Below, in pieces: positions 29,419-37,853 of a DNA stretch of 64,000 nucleotides (the first letter of the stretch is position 1; each line of letters opens with the position of its first letter). A program made the position numbers and the translations under genes. Source of the DNA: a virus. Location: IMG/VR virus record IMGVR_UViG_3300030328_003747, positions 41,084 to 105,083 of that record; one strand, 5' to 3'. The notes below the pieces were generated by a model. The model had not been told where the DNA came from. It did no database searches and saw nothing but the letters and a program-made list of their open reading frames with translations.

Positions 29419-29595
29419 ATGGCTAAGAATAAAATAGACGAAAGCAAACAAACCGAACTTGAACAACAGCTTTGGTTTGCTACGAGTGAAGTTATTAACT
29501 TGATAAAGTTGATAAACGAGCTTCCACCTGAACATAGTAGGCATATTGAAGGCCTATTTAACCGTATTGAAAATAGAGGAGAGCAAGATGAGTAG
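29419..29595 (+). CDS. Hypothetical protein
   Basis: MAKNKIDESK...; first gene after promoter. Confidence 0.5.
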   Translation: MAKNKIDESKQTELEQQLWFATSEVINLIKLINELPPEHSRHIEGLFNRIENRGEQDE

Positions 29596-29824
29596 GCTTT
29601 TTAGAGCATATTGTGATGAAATTTGTGACGATACAAAAAAATGTGACGCTTTTCAGGAAGCAGTAAACATGGGGTATGATTGCCACAAAGAATTAATTCA
29701 TAATTATGAAAAATGCCATATCAAGCATAAAGGTGTAGCAACCAATAATGCTAGTATGGAAGTTGATGTATTAACTTCAGATTATGATTGGCCTTCACAT
29801 GATGAAGGTCAGTTTTTGTCGTAA
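29588..29824 (+). CDS. Hypothetical Cys/His-containing protein
   Basis: GAGGAG RBS, MSRLFRAYCDEIC. Confidence 0.55.
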   Translation: MSRLFRAYCDEICDDTKKCDAFQEAVNMGYDCHKELIHNYEKCHIKHKGVATNNASMEVDVLTSDYDWPSHDEGQFLS

Positions 29825-29944
29825 TCAGTTAGATCTGATTGTGTCTTTGTTAATTCTCCCTTAGACATAAGGTTACAGAGGAGCCTAAACGACAAAATCC
29901 TCTGCTTAACAAAAATTGTAACACGAATAGAAAAAAGGAGAAAA

Positions 29945-30469
29945 ATGAAAGTTGCATTTCCAAACAAAAAATACAATATAATTTACGCAGATCCGCCTTG
30001 GCAATATAAAAGGAATGGTAATCATTCTGCTGAATCTGTTTATGACGTAATGAATATTGAAGATATAAAAAATCTACCAATAAAAAATATGGTTGCAGAT
30101 CAGGCACATTTATATCTTTGGGTAACTAATCCATTTATACAAGAAGGGCTAGATGTTTGTAAGGCTTGGGGTTTTGAATATAAAACATTATTAACTTGGT
30201 TAAAAACATATAAAGACGGAACACCAGTTATGGGTATGGGTTATTACTTTAGGGGTTGTACTGAACATATTATTTTTGGTGTTAGAGGTAAAAAACTTTG
30301 TGAAAATAAAAGAACAAAAAATATAATTATTGAAAAAACAGGCAGGCACTCAGAAAAACCACACAACTTTAGAGATACTATTGTTGAGTGTAGTGGTGAT
30401 CTACCAAGAATAGAACTTTTTGCCCGACATAAAACAGACGGTTGGGATGTTTGGGGTAATGAAGTATGA
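29945..30469 (+). CDS. MT-A70-family DNA adenine methyltransferase
   Basis: IIYADPPW, HLYLWVT, WGFEY, HSEKP, IELFAR, WGNE. Confidence 0.9.
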   Translation: MKVAFPNKKYNIIYADPPWQYKRNGNHSAESVYDVMNIEDIKNLPIKNMVADQAHLYLWVTNPFIQEGLDVCKAWGFEYKTLLTWLKTYKDGTPVMGMGYYFRGCTEHIIFGVRGKKLCENKRTKNIIIEKTGRHSEKPHNFRDTIVECSGDLPRIELFARHKTDGWDVWGNEV

Positions 30470-32019
30470 AAGTATTAAGTTTGTTTGATGGTATGAGTTG
30501 TGGGCAGATAGCCCTAGATCAGCTCGGCATACCCGTTGAAACATATTACGCAAGTGAGATAGACAAGTATGCTATCCAAGTAACACAAGCCAACTACCCT
30601 AATACCGTTCAGGTGGGTGATGTTACTAACTTAGATCCAAAAGATTTTGCAGATGTTGATTTAATTATGGGTGGTAGCCCTTGCCAAGGTTTTTCTTTTG
30701 CAGGTAAACAGTTGGCTTTTGATGATCCAAGGTCGGCGCTGTTCTTTGAGTTTATTCGTTTGCTCAAAGCTATAAAGCCTAGATATTTCTTACTAGAGAA
30801 TGTGAGAATGAAGAAAGAGTTTTTAGATATAATTTCGCAAGAGGTGTCTAAGTGTTATCCAGAAATAGCTTTTGGTATAGAGCCTATTCTCATAAACAGT
30901 TCGCTTCTGAGTGCGCAATCAAGACAGAGATACTATTGGACCAACATACCTAACATACAACAACCAGAAGATAGGGGTATTGTGTTGAGAGATATATTGG
31001 AAGATGATTACGAAAGTGAAAGAGATAAGTCATATTGTATTGACGCTAATTACTTCAAGGGCGCAAGTGTTGAGCAATACAAAAAGAAATCAAGAAGGCA
31101 GTTAGTTAATAAGCCAAAAAAAGCATACGACATACCAAGAGAGATTCTTAAAGACAACGAAAGACAACGCAGAGTGTATGATCCAAGTGGCAAATCGCCT
31201 ACGATACTAGGCAGAAGTGATAGTCCAAAGATTACTACACCCAAACAAGACAAACAATTTGTCAGTAAGGAAGCTATCGAAAGGTATGTGCAGGACAAAG
31301 ATTCAGAATTTAACGACACTTACAACAAAAGAACAGTAAAGGGCGATAAGTCTACAACTATCAGACCAAATAATAATACAGCTAATATGTGGGTAAATGA
31401 AAAAGCAATAAGAGAAAGTAAACCAAAACAGGTTGGTAGTATTAAAGATGGTGGGCAGGGTAATAGAATATACTCACAAGATGGTAAATCTTCTACATTA
31501 TCTGCTCAATCAGGCGGTACTGCTGGTTCAGGTAATACGCTAGTTGAAACAAAGCCAAAACAGGTTGGTATGGCTGCTGACATCAAAGGACACGATATAT
31601 TGAGAAGAGTGTATAGCCCAGAGGGTAAATCTCCGACATTAAACAGTATGGGTGGTGGCAACAGAGAGCCAAAAGTGGTAGTTCAATCTTATAGAGAAGT
31701 TAGAACAGACGAAGCTAAGAAAATGCGTAGAATGGTAAGGCAAAAAACAGGCAAAGATCATACCCCTTATAGAGCAAAGAAATTAGAGCCAAGAAAAGAC
31801 GGTAAGGTTGGAACGGTCACTCCTAGCCTTAATAAAGACCACGAAATAAGTATTGAAAAAGAAGACCTTACTTGGAGAAAGCTAACACCTTTGGAGTGTG
31901 AAAGGTTGCAGACAGTCCCAGACAACTATACTAATCATGTGTCTAACACGCAGAGGTATAAGATGTTAGGCAACGGTTGGACTGTCGAAGTTATAAAGCA
32001 TATTTTAAAGAATGTCTAG
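30466..32019 (+). CDS. C5 cytosine DNA methyltransferase with long repeated variable region
   Basis: SLFDG, GGSPCQG, LENV, QSRQR, LTPLECERLQ, GNGW motifs. Confidence 0.92.
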   Translation: MKVLSLFDGMSCGQIALDQLGIPVETYYASEIDKYAIQVTQANYPNTVQVGDVTNLDPKDFADVDLIMGGSPCQGFSFAGKQLAFDDPRSALFFEFIRLLKAIKPRYFLLENVRMKKEFLDIISQEVSKCYPEIAFGIEPILINSSLLSAQSRQRYYWTNIPNIQQPEDRGIVLRDILEDDYESERDKSYCIDANYFKGASVEQYKKKSRRQLVNKPKKAYDIPREILKDNERQRRVYDPSGKSPTILGRSDSPKITTPKQDKQFVSKEAIERYVQDKDSEFNDTYNKRTVKGDKSTTIRPNNNTANMWVNEKAIRESKPKQVGSIKDGGQGNRIYSQDGKSSTLSAQSGGTAGSGNTLVETKPKQVGMAADIKGHDILRRVYSPEGKSPTLNSMGGGNREPKVVVQSYREVRTDEAKKMRRMVRQKTGKDHTPYRAKKLEPRKDGKVGTVTPSLNKDHEISIEKEDLTWRKLTPLECERLQTVPDNYTNHVSNTQRYKMLGNGWTVEVIKHILKNV

Positions 32020-32055
32020 ATTATTTTTCCTATTTTAAAGTGTTATGCTTAAAGT

Positions 32056-32346
32056 ATGAAAGATATTGCAAACAAGATGAACAGCTATTTCAGAGAGCCA
32101 TCTCCAGGCGAAACTGCGAGAACTCTAGACGCACAGATCCACTTCAATAAATCACAAAATGTCGGGGTAGAAGAGTCTATCACTTGGGGTATGTCATACT
32201 TTTTCTCACGTCTTATACATGAAACAGGAGATATTAACCAGGCTATCAACATAATGGACACAATTATCTCTCATTATACTGAGCCAGAAGTGTATGAAGG
32301 CCTGTATCAAGAAATGCCTTTTTCTGAAGATTTTAACTACGACTGA
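32056..32346 (+). CDS. Hypothetical protein
   Basis: 96-aa ORF on the operon strand. Confidence 0.5.
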   Translation: MKDIANKMNSYFREPSPGETARTLDAQIHFNKSQNVGVEESITWGMSYFFSRLIHETGDINQAINIMDTIISHYTEPEVYEGLYQEMPFSEDFNYD

Positions 32347-32349
32347 TTA

Positions 32350-32440
32350 TTGTCATATTTTTGTCATAGTATTAGTGACGTCGGAAAGGTAGATGTATAA
32401 AGACTTTCCGATTAAAAACATTTTTTTCATTTTTGTCATA
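32350..32440. other. Iteron-like repeats plus hairpin (candidate origin or pac site)
   Basis: TTGTCATA at 32350, 32361 and 32433 around inverted repeat TCGGAAAG...CTTTCCGA. Confidence 0.4.
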
Positions 32441-32622
32441 GGGCTAGGACTAAATGTATATTAATTTAAATAAAAATCTTGACAGGACTTGCGCTACATT
32501 CTAAGATTGGAAGTGTATACATATAGGTTATGTAGGGGTTAGAACATCTTTGGGCCAGATTAGGCCCCTAATATAGCCACTATTCTTTGCATATACTATC
32601 AGTATCATCTAAAATTCCTTAC

Positions 32623-33204
32623 ATGACAGAAGAAGTTAAATCGGGGTTTCAACCTTTATTGGATTCTGCTGAAGATCCTGCGATAGAGTTTTTCAATCTT
32701 TCTAATAAATTAAATCGTATGCAGCGTGTGTTTGTTTGGAATGTTGTTAATAATCCCAATATGAGTTATGTAGAGTGTGCTAGGAAATCGGGGTACAAAG
32801 ACGCAAGGCAGTCGGCCTACAAATTACTAAAACATCCAGAAGTTAAGAAAGAAATTAATTATCTGATGGGTGAAGTGCGCAAGAAATATGAATTAAACCA
32901 GGATAGAGCAGTTAAGGATCTGTATGATATTAGGGATAAAGCATTAGAATCTGGCTCATTTAACGCTGCGATAGCTGCGCAAAACAGTTTGCTTAAGGTG
33001 GGTGGCCTAGTGGTAGATAAGAAAGAAGTTAGGTATGGCAAGATAGATCAGATGTCGAGAGCTGAAATCGAGAATAGATTAAAGCACTTAATGGGTGATG
33101 TTATCGAGGGGGAAATAACTGACGAATCTGAAGAAGATTTACCTAAGACCTCTGTTGTCGATATGGTCGAGCAAGAATCCCAAGAAAGCAAAGAAGATAA
33201 ATAG
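32623..33204 (+). CDS. terS: Terminase small subunit
   Basis: LNRMQRVFV...CARKSGY...AYKLLKHPEV HTH; AAIAA..LLKVGGL; start moved to MTEEVK. Confidence 0.75.
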   Translation: MTEEVKSGFQPLLDSAEDPAIEFFNLSNKLNRMQRVFVWNVVNNPNMSYVECARKSGYKDARQSAYKLLKHPEVKKEINYLMGEVRKKYELNQDRAVKDLYDIRDKALESGSFNAAIAAQNSLLKVGGLVVDKKEVRYGKIDQMSRAEIENRLKHLMGDVIEGEITDESEEDLPKTSVVDMVEQESQESKEDK

Positions 33205-33256
33205 CAGAGGCAGAAAGCACAAAGCTAAGACTACTACGGCTATTTTTACAAATGTT

Positions 33257-33526
33257 TTAATCGTTATAATACTCTCCTGTAATTATTCGCCTTAAGGTTT
33301 CGGTATCCCATTTAAAAGTTTCGGACACATAAGTGTCTATATACTCTCTAAAGCTATTCCTGGTATCAAATAAGACCACATCAAAACGGTTAGAGTCATC
33401 ATCTACACGAAGTTCGGCAAAGACAAACCAACCTATCTTTTTAACTCTGCCGAGATCCGATTCAACATAATCAAAATTATGTGCATTCAAGTAATCTAAG
33501 AAATCTTTTTTATCGTATTTCATCAT
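33257..33526 (-). CDS. Early hypothetical protein
   Basis: GGAGTGA-ATG coupling; acidic. Confidence 0.65.
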   Translation of the reverse strand: MMKYDKKDFLDYLNAHNFDYVESDLGRVKKIGWFVFAELRVDDDSNRFDVVLFDTRNSFREYIDTYVSETFKWDTETLRRIITGEYYND

Positions 33527-33735
33527 TCACTCCTTTTAAACATATTATTTATAAAATCTTCGTCATAATTAAGTTCTTCAAGATACTCTATAAATTCTTT
33601 TTTATTCTTATCTTCTACTTGAGATAAAAAGTGGTCTTTTAAAATTTCTGCTACATACTTCCAATCATCAAAAGAAGATTCGACTTGTTCTTCTGCCCAA
33701 GTTTCTTTTATTCTATCTAATACATCACTCATCAT
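33523..33735 (-). CDS. Early hypothetical protein
   Basis: GGAGTGA-ATG coupling; acidic. Confidence 0.65.
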   Translation of the reverse strand: MMSDVLDRIKETWAEEQVESSFDDWKYVAEILKDHFLSQVEDKNKKEFIEYLEELNYDEDFINNMFKRSE

Positions 33736-33863
33736 TCACTCCCCATAAAAAAGACTACATAAAAAACAACTAAGACCAACAAAGGTATCTTAGTGTATAG
33801 GTGGTATTTAATATTGTTGTTATAAACCCACTCATCAAGTTTAGTTAGCTTACCTTTCATCAT
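33732..33863 (-). CDS. Small early membrane peptide (43 aa, not in track)
   Basis: MMKGKLTKLDEWVY...IPLLVLVVFYVVFFMGSE; RBS and ATGA overlap. Confidence 0.55.
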   Translation of the reverse strand: MMKGKLTKLDEWVYNNNIKYHLYTKIPLLVLVVFYVVFFMGSE

Positions 33864-34008
33864 TCATCTCCTCATAACAAACACCACAAAGCATTTTATC
33901 TTTAGGCACTTCATCAATATTTTTATAACCTTTATCTTCATAATTGTTATAGTCCGTTATATAGTCGGCTTTATAACCACACTCATTACAACACCCTCTA
34001 CTCATCAT
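33850..34008 (-). CDS. Small zinc-finger-like protein (52 aa, not in track)
   Basis: CNEC...CGVC pairs; RBS. Confidence 0.6.
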   Translation of the reverse strand: MMSRGCCNECGYKADYITDYNNYEDKGYKNIDEVPKDKMLCGVCYEEMNDER

Positions 34009-34016
34009 TCACTTCC

Positions 34017-34211
34017 TTATGTGTATGTGTGTTCATATACAACATTCCCATTTTCATCAGTAATTTTGTAATGCAGATGTTCCATTTTTTCTGATAATAC
34101 TTCATCTACAACACCCTCATTATAAAGTTCCATTAGTTCTTCAAAATTCTTAGCTTGAAAATCTATTTGATATAAACCTGCTTCTCTAGTTATTTTATAT
34201 TTTTTCATCAT
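34017..34211 (-). CDS. Early hypothetical protein
   Basis: AGGAGAG RBS. Confidence 0.65.
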   Translation of the reverse strand: MMKKYKITREAGLYQIDFQAKNFEELMELYNEGVVDEVLSEKMEHLHYKITDENGNVVYEHTYT

Positions 34212-34218
34212 TCTCTCC

Positions 34219-34383
34219 TTATTTGTCGTATGACTTTTCTAGTTCAGTCGGTTTATATTTACGGATTTCGTTGGTTTCTTCATCTCCAAACAAAACATAT
34301 CCATCTTTAGTAAAAGCAAGACAAGAGCCAAAGATCGCTTGGCCTTTAACTTTAACTCTGTCGGTATATTTATAATCAATCAT
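34219..34383 (-). CDS. Early hypothetical protein (54 aa, not in track)
   Basis: MIDYKYTDRVKVKG...; AGGAGAG RBS. Confidence 0.55.
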   Translation of the reverse strand: MIDYKYTDRVKVKGQAIFGSCLAFTKDGYVLFGDEETNEIRKYKPTELEKSYDK

Positions 34384-34391
34384 TTTCTCTC

Positions 34392-34727
34392 CTATTCAAT
34401 CTCTTCAATATCTACGGTTAAGGAAGCAGAAATTTCTAAGGCATACCATACAAGTATGTTCCTTAGTTCTTCGTCATTACTGACAAACTCTCCACCATTT
34501 AAACTAGCAATATACTCTAATGGTGTTACTTTGCTTCCACATATATCATCATCAATTAAAGACCAAATATCTTCCTTTAAGAAGTCGTATGCTTTGGATA
34601 TTTCTTCAAGTGTTTCTAGTCCTTGAATACCACTAGAATCGCCTGAACATTCAGCGATAGTTTTGATATCTTCTTCTGTAAAGTTTTGGAGTAAGTAGTC
34701 GCTAATATTGTCTATTGGGTGGCTCAT
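34392..34727 (-). CDS. Early acidic hypothetical protein
   Basis: IAECSGDSSGI...NILVWYALE; coupled start. Confidence 0.65.
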   Translation of the reverse strand: MSHPIDNISDYLLQNFTEEDIKTIAECSGDSSGIQGLETLEEISKAYDFLKEDIWSLIDDDICGSKVTPLEYIASLNGGEFVSNDEELRNILVWYALEISASLTVDIEEIE

Positions 34728-35035
34728 TCTTCCATCTCCTCAAATTTAATATCGGTTATATCGTGATTATATAGTTGTATATTATGTTCTTCCTTAAAAG
34801 ACTGTTTAACACTTTCTCTATATTCTTCTTCTGTTTCACACTCTCTACCTATATCGGTAACAGTATATGTTATTGTGCTAGTCCACCTTTTCATTGATGA
34901 TTCTTTCACCTCAACAATTTCAAAATCTTCTACATCTCCAAAATCTTCAGAATTTTCAGCGATCTCTTGGGCTTCCTCTGTTGATTTAACTTCTACTCGT
35001 TTCTCTAAAGTCCATCTTAAAATGTATTCTTTCAT
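34724..35035 (-). CDS. Early acidic hypothetical protein
   Basis: Glu-rich; coupled to neighbours. Confidence 0.65.
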   Translation of the reverse strand: MKEYILRWTLEKRVEVKSTEEAQEIAENSEDFGDVEDFEIVEVKESSMKRWTSTITYTVTDIGRECETEEEYRESVKQSFKEEHNIQLYNHDITDIKFEEMEE

Positions 35036-35520
35036 TATTCTTTCTCCGTAAAAAATGCTTCTAAAGGTATAAACTTAGTCCAATAGTGCAGACTAGAATG
35101 ATAAGCATTTATATCTATCTCTGCCGTATCTAAAAATTTGCTTTCTGATACATACCATTGTCCTTCGGGTATATGTTCACAAGTAGCGAAGTAGTAAAGG
35201 TATTCAATATATAAATTACCTCTCATTTCGTTCATCATACTGTATTTATCAGGACTTGGTATTGGTTGGATATTTGACCAATCTTCTTTGGTGTGTCCCC
35301 AAGAGAAACCTCTGTCTTTGTAAAACTTGGTGTGTTCTTCGTCAGTACCGAGTTCAGATATATCGCCTTTACTTACTAGACTTGTAGCTTTATCTTTATC
35401 GTTGTAGTAGTTGTGTAGTATTTGTCCTACACCCTCGTTGATGTAACCGTCAAAATGACAGTACACTCTGATAATCGAGCCGTCATCTTTATCAACGGCT
35501 ATATTGCTTCTTGTTGACAT
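35035..35520 (-). CDS. Conserved phage early protein (STRS...YCHxDGY family)
   Basis: MSTRSNIAV...VYCHFDGY...GDISEL...EYLYYF. Confidence 0.75.
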   Translation of the reverse strand: MSTRSNIAVDKDDGSIIRVYCHFDGYINEGVGQILHNYYNDKDKATSLVSKGDISELGTDEEHTKFYKDRGFSWGHTKEDWSNIQPIPSPDKYSMMNEMRGNLYIEYLYYFATCEHIPEGQWYVSESKFLDTAEIDINAYHSSLHYWTKFIPLEAFFTEKE

Positions 35521-35552
35521 ATTTTCTTCTCCTTAAAATAGTTAACGGTTAT

Positions 35553-35580
35553 ATACTACTAGTTGTATACAGAATGTCAA
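35553..35580 (-). promoter_or_regulatory. Leftward early promoter with TAC-N5-GTA box
   Basis: TTGACA-16-TAGTAT on minus strand; box at 35557-35567. Confidence 0.7.
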
Positions 35581-35852
35581 CAGTTAATATAAATAAGTAT
35601 ATAGTTTTTATGGGGTATTGTGGGGGTAAATAGCACCCTTACCCTCTCTGTCGCTCTCTCGCAAAAGAAAAGCAGACAAGTCGGCTCTATATAAGTCGGA
35701 ACTGTCGGGACACATATAAAGCAGTCGGGTGGTTATTAGACACACTACTATTATAACACTATTCACCTCTCCAGGCACCTGGGATCGCCAGGCAAAGCCC
35801 TTCCTGGAAGAAATGTGGGGGATTAAATTAAACCACTTATTCTTTCGTTCCT

Positions 35853-35881
35853 CTTGACTTGTTGATTACTGTAGGTAAACT
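35853..35881 (+). promoter_or_regulatory. Early promoter 1
   Basis: CTTGACTTGTTGATTACTGTAGGTAAACT. Confidence 0.75.
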
Positions 35882-35914
35882 AATAGATAACTAATAATTA
35901 GAGGAGAAAATATT

Positions 35915-36229
35915 ATGATTAGTGAAAGAGAAGTTGACGAGATGATTAAACATCCAAAAACTCAGATTGAGAAAGTAGCCGTTCCTTACTTTCTAATGAT
36001 GACCTGTCCCGACGATATTGAAAACCAAGAAGAGATAATGAATACTTGTCTTGAAAGTTTACAGCAAGAATTACCTTTCTTGGTAAGTGAAATGGGTAGA
36101 GAAAAAGGTTTTACTAAAGCTAAAAACTTAGCCGTTGAAATGGCACTTGCAACTAATATGCCTTTCTATAAAGAAAACAAAGATTGGATAGAGTTGGCTT
36201 TAGGTGTTAAACCTAAGATTACTCACTAA
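35915..36229 (+). CDS. Early cassette protein 1
   Basis: Own promoter, GAGGAG RBS, downstream hairpin. Confidence 0.7.
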   Translation: MISEREVDEMIKHPKTQIEKVAVPYFLMMTCPDDIENQEEIMNTCLESLQQELPFLVSEMGREKGFTKAKNLAVEMALATNMPFYKENKDWIELALGVKPKITH

Positions 36230-36240
36230 GTCGGGATTAT

Positions 36241-36272
36241 AGTCGGGAGTTCTTTTAGGACTCTCGGCTTAA
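36241..36272 (+). terminator. Hairpin after cassette 1
   Basis: AGTCGGGAGT...ACTCTCGGCT stem with G-U pairs; short T tract. Confidence 0.5.
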
Positions 36273-36375
36273 TAAAAAAAAGTTTAAATAACACAATAGA
36301 CAACACGTCTTCTAGATCCTGGGTGATACGCTAGGTGATAGATCTTTTTCGTTTAAAAAATAGAAGCACTTAATG

Positions 36376-36404
36376 CTTGACTTCTTGGTTACTTGTGGTA
36401 GTCT
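36376..36404 (+). promoter_or_regulatory. Early promoter 2
   Basis: CTTGACTTCTTGGTTACTTGTGGTAGTCT. Confidence 0.75.
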
Positions 36405-36426
36405 GAAAGCTAAGGAGAATTAAAAA

Positions 36427-36660
36427 ATGAGTAAAAGAGAATTACCATTCGAAGTAGAGGTTGATAGTTTTAATGAACCTCAAACCATTAAAAACCCATT
36501 TTCTGGGGAAAGTATAGAAATACCTGCTGACGCAGTAGCCGTATATGATGTTGTAATAGGGACGCAATATATGGCCAAGCCCGATTGGGATTTAGTACGC
36601 AAAGGTTGTGATTGGTTCAAACAATATGAGCCAAAAGCATATATGGTGTTGCTTGACTAG
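36427..36660 (+). CDS. Early cassette protein 2
   Basis: NPFSGES...AVYDVVIG...WF..YEPKAYMVLLD; AAGGAG RBS. Confidence 0.75.
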   Translation: MSKRELPFEVEVDSFNEPQTIKNPFSGESIEIPADAVAVYDVVIGTQYMAKPDWDLVRKGCDWFKQYEPKAYMVLLD

Positions 36661-36670
36661 TCGGGATACT

Positions 36671-36701
36671 GTCGGGGCTCCGAAGGGGCCCTGGCTTTTT
36701 T
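36671..36701 (+). terminator. Intrinsic terminator after cassette 2
   Basis: GTCGGGGCTC-CGAAG-GGGCCCTGGC-TTTTTT. Confidence 0.7.
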
Positions 36702-36808
36702 GCCCTACGGGGTAATTAACACAATAAGATCACCTATTCCTACATTCCCTGGTGGATCTGTTCGTAGACATTCGCCTGGGTAAGCCTCAAAAATAAATGA
36801 AGAAAGTT

Positions 36809-36837
36809 CTTGACTTATTAGTTACATGTGGTAACCT
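36809..36837 (+). promoter_or_regulatory. Early promoter 3
   Basis: CTTGACTTATTAGTTACATGTGGTAACCT, containing perfect GTTAC-N5-GTAAC. Confidence 0.78.
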
Positions 36838-36855
36838 TGTTAATAAGGAGAGCAT

Positions 36856-37131
36856 ATGAAGGAGAAAGAAATAAAGACCATACTTGAAAAGGTTGGTTTC
36901 ATTAGAGAAGCTAAGAAGCACCAAAAACTTGTGGACTTAGAAACTTATATGAAAAAGTTTTCAATATCTGAAAACGAAATGTTGGCAGAAATAGATTTTT
37001 TTAACGAAGTTTATTTTGAAATTAACAGGATGTTCAAAACTGATTGGACTTACCTGGAAAGTGGCATGTTATTTTTTACAAAAAACGACGCACTAAGAGA
37101 AAGACTATTTCCAAAAAAGGAGAGTGTATGA
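36856..37131 (+). CDS. Early cassette protein 3a
   Basis: AAGGAG RBS. Confidence 0.65.
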   Translation: MKEKEIKTILEKVGFIREAKKHQKLVDLETYMKKFSISENEMLAEIDFFNEVYFEINRMFKTDWTYLESGMLFFTKNDALRERLFPKKESV

Positions 37132-37301
37132 AGGATAAAATTAAAGCTACGTACGAGGAAGTGATGGGCAATAACTTTGACCAACACTTAAGAGAGTTAT
37201 TCCGAAGGGGAGAAGTAGAGATTATCGAAGACAAAGGTCACGTTGACTTAAGCAGCCTTAGTTTGATTAATATTAAACAGAAGCTGAAGGAGTTGGACTG
37301 A
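37128..37301 (+). CDS. Early cassette protein 3b (start at MKDKIK)
   Basis: AGGAGAG RBS, ATGA overlap. Confidence 0.6.
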   Translation: MKDKIKATYEEVMGNNFDQHLRELFRRGEVEIIEDKGHVDLSSLSLINIKQKLKELD

Positions 37302-37366
37302 TGGAGTTTGTAATATTATTTATAGTTATCCTGGTGATTGGGATAGTTTTAGATCAGATCGGGTAA
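37301..37366 (+). CDS. 21-aa membrane peptide MEFVILFIVILVIGIVLDQIG
   Basis: AAGGAG RBS, TGATG overlap, almost entirely hydrophobic. Confidence 0.5.
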   Translation: MEFVILFIVILVIGIVLDQIG

Positions 37367-37529
37367 GTCGGGATCACGTATAAAGGTCGGAATCGGGAGT
37401 TAAATGGATCTCCCAACACTTAAGGTCACACTACCAGGTTGATGTGTATCGTCAGAGTTCTCCCTGGATTCCCTGGCAAGTGTGGCCACTTTTCTCGTTG
37501 AAAAAAAGATGGGTTATTTTTGTTCTAAC

Positions 37530-37559
37530 CTTGACTTAGTTTACAAGATGTAGTCTAAT
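37530..37559 (+). promoter_or_regulatory. Early promoter 4
   Basis: CTTGACTTAGTTTACAAGATGTAGTCTAAT. Confidence 0.7.
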
Positions 37560-37580
37560 ACTAATTAAGGAGAACGAATT

Positions 37581-37802
37581 ATGATGAAATTAGATTTTCA
37601 AATAATAGACGAGAATGGGAATAGAATCCCAGGACACGAAACTGAGTTGCAAGACTTAGTGATAAACGGTCGCCACTTAATTGAGAATGGCGAGTGGAAT
37701 GAAGAAGTAGCTAACCAAGCTATCGAAGATACCCAAAGGTATATTGCCGAGCAACAAGCTGAGGCAGAGTTCGAAGATAGAGGGGGAATGCTAGATGGAT
37801 AA
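37581..37802 (+). CDS. Early cassette protein 4 (very acidic)
   Basis: AAGGAG RBS; Glu/Asp-rich. Confidence 0.65.
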   Translation: MMKLDFQIIDENGNRIPGHETELQDLVINGRHLIENGEWNEEVANQAIEDTQRYIAEQQAEAEFEDRGGMLDG

Positions 37803-37823
37803 ATAATCAAAGGTATCATCCTT

Positions 37824-37853
37824 GAGGGACGACTTCGGTCGTCCTTTTTTTTT
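37824..37853 (+). terminator. Intrinsic terminator ending early region
   Basis: GGACGAC-TTCG-GTCGTCC-T9. Confidence 0.9.

Noticed and set aside
29826-29944. SAM riboswitch or ncRNA upstream of the methyltransferases
   Set aside because: Only short stems (AATCAG/CTGATT, CAGAGGA/TCCTCTG); no match to a SAM-II/V consensus that I can recognise
30980-31860. Intein or homing endonuclease in the C5 methyltransferase
   Set aside because: No intein splice-junction or LAGLIDADG/HNH motifs; the insert is repetitive and lies in the TRD position
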